A DNA stretch of 32,000 bases, taken from NCBI GenBank assembly GCA_016715285.1, contig JADKAO010000001.1, positions 85,307 through 117,306 of the forward strand, given 5' to 3'. The translations under genes were made by a program, and so were the position numbers. The notes under the pieces were generated by a model, which was given only the letters and a program-made list of their open reading frames with translations, ran no database searches and was not told the origin of the DNA. Origin of the DNA: Actinomycetales bacterium (GTDB taxonomy: Bacteria > Actinomycetota > Actinomycetes > Actinomycetales > Dermatophilaceae). Shown here piece by piece: positions 25,596-32,000 of this stretch. How positions within the stretch are numbered: the stretch's first letter is position 1; each line of letters opens with the position of its first letter.

Positions 25596-26161
25596 TGGTA
25601 CTCGCTGACGTGACTGCAGAGGTGGCGGTTGACGTGCCTGTTGCGCCTGATGCGCACGAGGTGCTCGCAGCGGTTCGGGCGATCCCGGACCCGGAGATCC
25701 CGGTTGTCACAATCGAGAGCCTCGGCATCCTGCGCGACCTGCGCCTTGATGAAGCGGCGGGTGAGCTCCACGCGGTCATCACCCCGACCTATTCCGGGTG
25801 CCCCGCCATGCAGGCGATCGAGGATGCCATCGCGCGCGTATGCCGTGCGCACGGCCTGCGCGGTGTCGTTACGACCCAGCTGTCTCCGGCTTGGACGACT
25901 GACTGGATTGGGGAGGAAGCACGAGAAGCGTTGCGGCGCTTTGGGATTGCTCCCCCCAGCCCGTCGGCGGCCGGTCGTCCCGTGTCGGTGTCGATCATGG
26001 CCCGACCTGGAGGCGACGATGCGGATCAGGCCGTGGCCTGCCCCCGCTGCGGTAGCCACCGCACCACTGTGCTGTCCAACTTCGGTTCGACGGCGTGCAA
26101 AGCCCTTCGCCGCTGCGATGCGTGCGGCGACCCCTTCGACGAGTTCAAGGCGCTCTCATGA
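25589..26161 (+). CDS. paaD: Phenylacetate-CoA oxygenase subunit PaaD/PaaJ
   Basis: IPDPEIPVVTIESLGILRDL is the MIP18-like domain, followed by a C-terminal CPRCGS...CKALRRCDACGDPFDEFK Cys cluster. Candidate starts at 25589, 25592 and 25595 overlap the paaC stop. Confidence 0.8.
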   Translation: MVMVLADVTAEVAVDVPVAPDAHEVLAAVRAIPDPEIPVVTIESLGILRDLRLDEAAGELHAVITPTYSGCPAMQAIEDAIARVCRAHGLRGVVTTQLSPAWTTDWIGEEAREALRRFGIAPPSPSAAGRPVSVSIMARPGGDDADQAVACPRCGSHRTTVLSNFGSTACKALRRCDACGDPFDEFKALS

Positions 26162-27273
26162 CCGGTTTGCTCACAGCCCCCGCCACCCGGAGGGCCACCT
26201 TCCACCCGTTGACGGTCGTCGATGTCGAACGCCTGACGGAGGAGTCGGTTGCGATCACCTTTGCGGTGCCCGCAGACCTCGCCGAGGCGTACGAGTTCGC
26301 CCCCGGGCAGCACCTGACCCTCAAGGCCACGATTGACGGCGCCGAGGTCCGCAACTCGTATTCGATTTGCCAGTCGCGGCGCAGCGGGCGGCCAGGGACC
26401 TTACGTGTGGCCGTGGCGAAGGTGCCCGGCGGTCGGATGTCACCCTGGCTGACCAGCGACGTCAAGGCCGGCGATGTCATCGAGGTGATGACGCCCATGG
26501 GCACCTTCACTTGCCCGGTCAAACCAGACGAGGCACGCCACCACCTTGCCATTGCCGCTGGCTCAGGAATCACCCCGATCCTGTCGCTGGTGACAACGGC
26601 ACTCGAAGAAGAGCCCAACTCGCGCGTCACGCTGATGTTCGGCAACCGCCGGACGGCCACGGTGATGTTCCTCGAGGAACTGGCCAACCTCAAGGACCGT
26701 TACGGTGCCCGCCTGCACCTGATGCACGTCCTGTCTCGTGAGGCTCCCGACGTCGAGCTCTTCGCGGGACGCATGGACCGCGATCGACTCACCCGCATCT
26801 TCGATGCGCTGGTGCCGATCGACGGCGTGGACGAGGTCTATCTCTGTGGGCCGTTTGGCATGGTCCAAGACGCGCAGGCCGTCTTGGCCGAGCGCGGCAT
26901 GGACTCCGCCCACGTCCACCACGAGATCTTCCACGTTGACGACGATGGTGCGCCCAAACACACTCCGGTCCTCGTCGACGAATCCGCGCCGCCGGCTGCC
27001 GTCGTCACGGTCAACCTTGACGGTCGCACGACCGTGATCAACATGCCGTCGCTTGAGGAGACCATCCTCAACGCGACGCTCCGGGCTCGGCCGGACGCGC
27101 CCTACTCATGTACGGGTGGCGTGTGCGGCACGTGCCGAGCACGCGTCGTCAGCGGCGAAGTGAAGATGATCCGCAACTACGCCCTCGAACCCGAAGAAGT
27201 CGCCAACGGCATCGTGTTGGCTTGCCAAGCTCTGCCGGTCACGACGACGGTCGAGTTGGACTACGACGCCTGA
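26158..27273 (+). CDS. paaE: Phenylacetate-CoA oxygenase/reductase subunit PaaE
   Basis: FNR-like FAD/NAD domains (RNSYSICQ, GSGITPILSL) and a C-terminal plant-type 2Fe-2S motif CTGGVCGTC...C. ATG at 26158 overlaps the paaD stop. Confidence 0.85.
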   Translation: MTGLLTAPATRRATFHPLTVVDVERLTEESVAITFAVPADLAEAYEFAPGQHLTLKATIDGAEVRNSYSICQSRRSGRPGTLRVAVAKVPGGRMSPWLTSDVKAGDVIEVMTPMGTFTCPVKPDEARHHLAIAAGSGITPILSLVTTALEEEPNSRVTLMFGNRRTATVMFLEELANLKDRYGARLHLMHVLSREAPDVELFAGRMDRDRLTRIFDALVPIDGVDEVYLCGPFGMVQDAQAVLAERGMDSAHVHHEIFHVDDDGAPKHTPVLVDESAPPAAVVTVNLDGRTTVINMPSLEETILNATLRARPDAPYSCTGGVCGTCRARVVSGEVKMIRNYALEPEEVANGIVLACQALPVTTTVELDYDA

Positions 27274-27800
27274 CCCGATGCCTGGCCGCCCGACTGATGT
27301 GCACGAGCAGGGAGGCGGCGACGGTAGGTCACCCAGGCGCAGCTGTCGCCCGCCATCCGATCGACCTCGACCCATTGGTCGGGGTCGATCGGCGGGAAGG
27401 TCACTGAGCCGGCGGCGTCTTGGTCGACCTCGGTGATCACCAGGTGCGTTGCCTGCGGCATCGCGAGGCGATAGATCTGGCCGCCACCGGCGATCCAGAT
27501 CGGCGCACCGAACTCCTCGGCTGCGTGGAGCGCGGCGTCGAGCGACGGGGCGGTGGTCACTCCAGGCGCGTGCCATTCCGGGTCACGGGTCAACACGATC
27601 GTGTGCCGCCCTGGCAACGCCCGGCCGATGGAGTCGAACGTGCCCCGTCCCATGATGAGAGTCCCACCGAGGGTGGTGCGCTTGAAGAAGGCGAGGTCCT
27701 CGGGCAGGTGCCACGGCATACCGCTGCCGTCTCCGATGACCCCGTTGCGCGCCACCGCCGCGATCATGCCCACAGCGGGTGCGGGGTCAGTCGCGCTCAT
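27261..27800 (-). CDS. folA: Dihydrofolate reductase
   Basis: Motifs [32 protein letters not shown] and [12 protein letters not shown] at 27800 overlaps the thyA stop (ATGA). The 3' end overlaps the convergent paaE by 13 nt. Confidence 0.85.
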   Translation of the reverse strand: MSATDPAPAVGMIAAVARNGVIGDGSGMPWHLPEDLAFFKRTTLGGTLIMGRGTFDSIGRALPGRHTIVLTRDPEWHAPGVTTAPSLDAALHAAEEFGAPIWIAGGGQIYRLAMPQATHLVITEVDQDAAGSVTFPPIDPDQWVEVDRMAGDSCAWVTYRRRLPARAHQSGGQASGQAS

Positions 27801-28633
27801 ACGGCGATCGGAGCGGGGATGCCGGGGTGCGGGTCGTAGCCGTCTAGGGCGATGTCGGCCAGGTCGAACTCGTCGATGTCCAGCCCCGGGGTGAGCCGCA
27901 GCGTGGGCAGCGGGCGGCAATCTCGGCTGAGCTGAAGCCGCGCCTGGTCGAGGTGGTTGACGTAGAGGTGGGCATCGCCGAGCGTGTGCACGAAATGCCC
28001 CGGCCGCAGCCCCACGACTTGAGCGACCATATGCGTCAGCAGCGCGTAGGACGCGATATTGAAGGGGACTCCCAAGAAGACGTCCGCCGAGCGCTGATAG
28101 AGCTGACAGTCGAGGTATGCCGTCTCGTCACCGCCGCCGCTCGCCTCGCCGGCGTGGGTGGCCGGGCGCACGTAGAACTGGAAAAGGGCGTGGCAGGGGG
28201 GTAGGGCCATGGCGTCCACGTCGGCGACATTCCACGCAGAGACGATGTGCCGGCGGGAGTCGGGGTTGGCGCGGAGGCCGTTGATCACTGTGGCGATCTG
28301 GTCGATCTGGCGCCCATCCGAGGCCGGCCACGACCGCCATTGGTGACCGTAAACAGGGCCGAGGTCGCCGTTCTCATCAGCCCACTCGTCCCAAATGGAG
28401 ATCTTGCGCTCGTGCAACCACGCGATGTTGGTGTCGCCGCGGAGGAACCACAGCAACTCGCCAAAGATCGAGCGCAAGTGCAGGCGCTTGGTGGTCATCG
28501 CCGGGAAACCCTCAGCGAGATCGAATCTCATCTGATGCCCGAACACACTGAGCGTCCCCGTGCCGGTGCGGTCGTCCTTGCGTACGCCATCGGTGAGGAT
28601 GCGATCAAGCAGGTTGTGGTACTGATGCACCAT
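27797..28633 (-). CDS. thyA: Thymidylate synthase (ThyA)
   Basis: Motifs [44 protein letters not shown] and DAHLYVNH. Confidence 0.95.
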   Translation of the reverse strand: MVHQYHNLLDRILTDGVRKDDRTGTGTLSVFGHQMRFDLAEGFPAMTTKRLHLRSIFGELLWFLRGDTNIAWLHERKISIWDEWADENGDLGPVYGHQWRSWPASDGRQIDQIATVINGLRANPDSRRHIVSAWNVADVDAMALPPCHALFQFYVRPATHAGEASGGGDETAYLDCQLYQRSADVFLGVPFNIASYALLTHMVAQVVGLRPGHFVHTLGDAHLYVNHLDQARLQLSRDCRPLPTLRLTPGLDIDEFDLADIALDGYDPHPGIPAPIAV

Positions 28634-28653
28634 CGCACGCTAGCAGGCGACAG

Positions 28654-28673
28654 AATGTGACCCAGATCACATT
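28654..28673. promoter_or_regulatory. Perfect CRP/GlxR-type site AATGTGA-CCCAGA-TCACATT (core TGTGA-N6-TCACA at 28656-28671)
   Basis: Read directly. The site is centred about 30 bp upstream of the thyA start codon and about 216 bp upstream of the dapA start. Confidence 0.45.
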
Positions 28674-28726
28674 GAGTAGGACCACGCGGGTGTAACGAAA
28701 GATGAGCGCGCAACGATCTTTCCCAT

Positions 28727-28768
28727 GTCGAGGCGCTACCCGGACCCCCGAGCGGGTAGCGCCTCGAC
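28727..28768. other. Perfect 16-bp-stem hairpin (GTCGAGGCGCTACCCG / 10-nt loop / CGGGTAGCGCCTCGAC) in the thyA-dapA divergent spacer
   Basis: Read directly. On the + strand it is followed by TTAT. It lies 112 bp upstream of the dapA start. Its function is unknown (I-shaped terminator, attenuator or protein site). Confidence 0.5.
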
Positions 28769-28879
28769 TTATGCCCTGGCGCGCTTCCGCCCCAGTTAGG
28801 GCCCCGAGGTTGCGCCCGCAGAGCCTTCTCCATGTATGAGCAACAGGGCACCGCCTCTGTGAGCGATAACCTTGCCCTT

Positions 28880-29767
28880 ATGACGATGCCCATTTTCGGC
28901 CGGGTTCTAACAGCCATGGTGACCCCGATGACCCCCACCGGCGAGGTGGATGAGGACGGTGTGGTCGCTGTTGCCGAGCATCTGTTGGCCCACGGCCATG
29001 ATGGGTTGGTCGTCAACGGCACGACTGGCGAGTCGGCCACGCTGACCAGCGATGAGAGCATTCGGGTCATCGAGCTTGTTGCTCAGACGGTGGGCGATCG
29101 CGCGGTCGTCCTGGCTGGCGTGGGCTCCAATGACACGGCGCACAGCATCGCTATGTCACGCCGGGCAGCAGCCGTCGGTGCGACCGGTCTCCTCGTGGTG
29201 ACCCCGTACTACAACAAGCCCACGCAGCCAGGGTTGGTCGCTCACTTCTCTGCCGTCGCGGACGCCACCGACCTGCCCGTGCTGCTCTATGACATCCCGG
29301 GGCGCGCCGGCATCCCCATCCAGACCGAGACCCTCATCCGCCTGGCCGAGCACCCGAGGATCGTGGCCGTCAAAGACGCTAAATGCGACCTCTGGGCCGC
29401 GAGCAAGGTCATGGCCGCAACCGAGCTGCAGTACTACTGCGGCGCCGACGAAACCAACCTCGCGCTGCTCGCCCAGGGCGCAGTTGGCATCGTCTCCGTG
29501 GTCGGTCACGTCGCCGGACGCGAGTATGCCGCGATGATCCGCGCCGTAGAGGCGGGGGACCTCGCGACCGCCCGCACGATCCACACTCGCCTCATCCCCG
29601 TGGTGGACGCGATCATGTCAACCAGCCAGGGCGCCATCATGGCCAAGGCCGCGCTCGTCGAACTCGGCGTCATCACCAGCGCCGCCGTCCGGCTCCCGCT
29701 CGTGGAGTCGCCCATCGACCACCTCGAGATCCTGCGGGCTGGTCTGTCGAAATCAGGAATCCGTTGA
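28880..29767 (+). CDS. dapA: 4-hydroxy-tetrahydrodipicolinate synthase
   Basis: MTMPIFGRVLTAMVTPMTPTGEVD...GLVVNGTTGES...YNKP. ATG at 28880 is internal to listed ORF 28832..29767. Confidence 0.9.
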   Translation: MTMPIFGRVLTAMVTPMTPTGEVDEDGVVAVAEHLLAHGHDGLVVNGTTGESATLTSDESIRVIELVAQTVGDRAVVLAGVGSNDTAHSIAMSRRAAAVGATGLLVVTPYYNKPTQPGLVAHFSAVADATDLPVLLYDIPGRAGIPIQTETLIRLAEHPRIVAVKDAKCDLWAASKVMAATELQYYCGADETNLALLAQGAVGIVSVVGHVAGREYAAMIRAVEAGDLATARTIHTRLIPVVDAIMSTSQGAIMAKAALVELGVITSAAVRLPLVESPIDHLEILRAGLSKSGIR

Positions 29768-31449
29768 GTCACCCTCACCCCGAGCTCACCCTTCCACCTG
29801 CTCTGCCCGCCAACGGGTTGCGCTTTGTCGCGCTAGGGGGACTGGGCGAGATCGGCCGCAATATGGCCGTGCTCGAGACCCGCGGCCGGCTGCTCATCAT
29901 CGACTGCGGGGTGCTCTTCCCTGAGGACCACCACCCTGGCGTCGACTTGATCCTGCCGGACTTCAGTTATCTCGACGGTCGCCTCGATGACGTGGAAGCC
30001 ATCGTGCTCACCCACGGCCATGAAGACCACATTGGCGCGGTGCCCTTCCTCCTTGCCCGCAAGCCCGACATCCCGCTCATTGGCTCGCGGTTGACCCTCG
30101 CCTTGGTGGAAGCCAAGCTCAAGGAACACCGCATTCGGCCGTACACGCTGGAGGTCAAAGAGGGCCAACGCGAGCAACTCGGCGCCTTTGAGGTCGAGTT
30201 CGTCGCGGTCAACCACTCCATCCCCGATGCGCTCGCCGTGATGGTGCGCACCGACGCCGGCACCCTCCTGCACACCGGTGACTTCAAGATGGACCAGTTG
30301 CCGCTCGACGGCCGGATCACCGATCTGCGTGCCTTCGCGCGCCTCGGCGAAGAAGGCGTCGACCTTTTCCTCACTGACTCCACCAATGCGGACATCCCCG
30401 GCTTCACCGCACCTGAGCGGGACATCTCCTCGGCGATCGACAAGGTATTCCGCCACGCCGAGCGCCGCATTGTCGTGGCCTGTTTCTCCTCGCACGTGCA
30501 CCGAGTGCAACAGGTCCTCGACGCCGCAGAGAAGGCCGGTCGTAAGGTGGCGATGGTCGGTCGGTCGATGGTCCGCAACATGGGCATCGCCGCAGAGTTG
30601 GGCTATCTGCATGTGCCCGACGGCGTGCTCGTCGACATCAAGCGACTAGGGGACTATCCCGACAGCAAGATCGTGCTCGTGTGCACCGGCAGTCAGGGCG
30701 AGCCGATGGCCGCGCTCTCGCGCATGGCCAACCGAGATCACCGCATCGATGTTGGCCCAGGCGACACCATCCTGCTCGCGAGTTCGCTCATCCCCGGCAA
30801 CGAGAACGCGGTCTATCGCGTCATCAACGGGCTCATGCGCCTCGGGGCCAATGTCGTGCACAAGGGCAACGCCAAAGTCCACGTCTCGGGGCATGCCGCA
30901 GCGGGTGAGCTGACCTACTGCTACAACATCGTCAAGCCCCGCAATGTCCTTCCCGTGCATGGCGAATGGCGCCACATGTTCGCCAACGCTGAACTCGCGG
31001 TCGCCACGGGTGTGCCGCGTGAGCAGGTGCTCCTCGCCGAAGACGGCGTGGTCGTCGACCTCGTCGATGGCGTCGCGCGGATCGTCGGTGCGATTCCAGC
31101 GGGCTATATCTATGTCGACGGGTCCTCCGTGGGTGGCACGGACGAAGCGATGCTCAAAGATCGCCGGATCCTCCGCGACGAAGGCTTTATCACGTGCATC
31201 GTCGTCATTGACGCCGCCACCGGCAAGATCGCCGCCGGCCCCGAGATCACCGCGCGCGGCTTCGCCGAGGACCAAGAGGTGTTTGACCAGGTCATCCCAC
31301 GGGTGGAGGCAGCGATCATCTCCGCCACCGAGGGCGGCATCACCGATGAGCATCAACTCCAGCAGGTCATCCGCCGCACGGTCGGGAGCTGGGTCGGCGG
31401 CAAGATCCGCCGCCGCCCCATGATCATCCCGATCGTTATCGAGGCCTGA
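29764..31449 (+). CDS. rnj: Ribonuclease J
   Basis: TTG at 29764 overlaps the dapA stop (TTGA) and gives the typical actinobacterial N-terminus MSHPHPEL..LRFVALGGLGEIGRNM. Has the beta-lactamase motif THGHEDHIGA. The upstream part of listed ORF 29383..31449 is a shadow of dapA. Confidence 0.9.
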   Translation: MSHPHPELTLPPALPANGLRFVALGGLGEIGRNMAVLETRGRLLIIDCGVLFPEDHHPGVDLILPDFSYLDGRLDDVEAIVLTHGHEDHIGAVPFLLARKPDIPLIGSRLTLALVEAKLKEHRIRPYTLEVKEGQREQLGAFEVEFVAVNHSIPDALAVMVRTDAGTLLHTGDFKMDQLPLDGRITDLRAFARLGEEGVDLFLTDSTNADIPGFTAPERDISSAIDKVFRHAERRIVVACFSSHVHRVQQVLDAAEKAGRKVAMVGRSMVRNMGIAAELGYLHVPDGVLVDIKRLGDYPDSKIVLVCTGSQGEPMAALSRMANRDHRIDVGPGDTILLASSLIPGNENAVYRVINGLMRLGANVVHKGNAKVHVSGHAAAGELTYCYNIVKPRNVLPVHGEWRHMFANAELAVATGVPREQVLLAEDGVVVDLVDGVARIVGAIPAGYIYVDGSSVGGTDEAMLKDRRILRDEGFITCIVVIDAATGKIAAGPEITARGFAEDQEVFDQVIPRVEAAIISATEGGITDEHQLQQVIRRTVGSWVGGKIRRRPMIIPIVIEA

Positions 31450-31529
31450 CCCTTCACAAACCCGACTCCAGCCCGACGCGCCTCGACCCCCGCCCCGCGG
31501 ACCCGGCCTGCGACGAGCCTCGCGAGCGC

Positions 31530-32000
31530 CTACCAGGGGCGCTGCGGTGCGGTCTCCTCGATGCCCTCGAGGTCTCGGGTTACCCAGCCGTCGGCGGACG
31601 CGGCATACCGGAGGGCGGGTCCGTGGGCAGCGAATCGCCGCACCGCGGCGACCAGGCGCTCGACATGCTCAAGTCGCGTTGCCAGCCCCAGGCTCGCGCG
31701 CACAGCAGTGACGGGTATGCCGGGTGCATCGCACCCGCTTGTCGCGCTGGAATTGCCCGGCACGGCATACCCCTCGCGGTTGCCTACTGGTGAGCTGGCG
31801 CCGCCAGCGGGGTGGTCCGCCAGGAGCGCGTCCACCAGCTGGTGCGCGCAGAACTTGCCGTCCCGGACCCCGATCCCATATTCGACCGAGAGCGCTGTCG
31901 CCACCAAGGCGGAGTCCAGGCCATCGATCGTGAAGGCGACCACGGCCACCCGGTCGGATCCCTCTCCGAACATGGAGTGCAGGCGTACCCCCGGAATCGC
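31530..32000 (-). CDS. Aminotransferase class V-fold PLP enzyme (cysteine desulfurase-like), C-terminal part, runs off the 3' edge
   Basis: The frame is open to the window end (..AIPGVRLHSMFGEGSDRVAVVAFTIDGLDSALVATALSVEYGIGVRDGKFCAHQL...RASLGLATRLEHVERLV). Confidence 0.7.
   Translation of the reverse strand, partial: AIPGVRLHSMFGEGSDRVAVVAFTIDGLDSALVATALSVEYGIGVRDGKFCAHQLVDALLADHPAGGASSPVGNREGYAVPGNSSATSGCDAPGIPVTAVRASLGLATRLEHVERLVAAVRRFAAHGPALRYAASADGWVTRDLEGIEETAPQRPW

Larger units (their letters stand above)
232..31770. repeat. Dispersed over-represented octamer GTATGCCG / CGGCATAC, at least 51 copies
   Basis: Hand count: 27 copies in the + orientation and 24 in the - orientation. Coordinates are listed in the first finding. 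Confidence 0.8.

Noticed and set aside
28727-28880. Lysine (L-box) riboswitch upstream of dapA, suggested by the GAGGCGC string
   Set aside because: The element is a simple perfect palindrome of 42 nt. It lacks the multi-helix architecture and conserved junction sequences of the roughly 180-nt L-box.
232-31770. Interpreting the octamer as a Chi-like or KOPS-like polar sequence
   Set aside because: Those elements are strongly strand-skewed within a replichore. Here the orientation is 27:24.
3573-31770. Apparent clustering of octamer copies (gaps of 53, 13, 19 and 48 bp)
   Set aside because: With about 1 copy per 630 bp, roughly 4-5 gaps under 60 bp are expected by chance among 50 gaps, and 4 are observed. 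Clustering as such is not significant, so only the resulting hairpins are reported.
1-32000. Search for CRISPR arrays, tandem repeats, IS elements, integrases and prophage or defence-island genes
   Set aside because: I saw no repeat-spacer periodicity and no transposase, integrase or phage-like ORFs. Accessory content is limited to the TA island and possibly the region after rseP.

Overview
This is a high-GC (about 70%, judged by eye) actinobacterial chromosomal segment. It is almost fully coding and mostly housekeeping.

Gene content, left to right:
- **+ strand, about 8 kb, tightly coupled:** PotABC-type importer, a saccharopine-dehydrogenase-like enzyme, an agmatinase-family ureohydrolase, gabT and gabD. 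The run ends in a membrane-anchored RNase Sa/barnase-type ribonuclease with its barstar inhibitor.
- **1.5 kb toxin-antitoxin island:** a PIN remnant, phd-vapC and a divergent vapB-vapC.
- **dxr and rseP/rip1.**
- **GH25 lysozyme lipoprotein** coupled to a DinB/TIGR03085-like gene.
- **Double-GNAT gene** coupled to a three-gene ABC-2 exporter.
- **Minus-strand operon:** a hypothetical gene, a PNPOx-like gene, EamA and ICMT. The first two genes carry apparent frameshifts.
- **Remaining genes:** dapB, azlCD, a lipoprotein, paaABCDE, folA-thyA, dapA, RNase J, and a partial class-V aminotransferase.

I saw no rRNA, tRNA, CRISPR, transposase or integrase.

The most unusual signal is not a gene. The non-palindromic octamer GTATGCCG/CGGCATAC occurs at least 51 times (27 in one orientation, 24 in the other), against about 1 expected. 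Copies are spread through nearly all genes and written in five of six reading frames using otherwise rare A/T-ending codons. This behaves like a DNA-level word of the uptake-sequence or HIP1 kind, and I know of no description of one in actinobacteria.

Secondary points of interest:
- a perfect CRP/GlxR-type TGTGA-N6-TCACA site just upstream of thyA
- a perfect 16-bp hairpin upstream of dapA
- candidate operator palindromes in the TA island
- an atypical 350-bp convergent spacer after rseP, where ispG would normally follow

All coordinates and counts were obtained by hand reading and should be recomputed.
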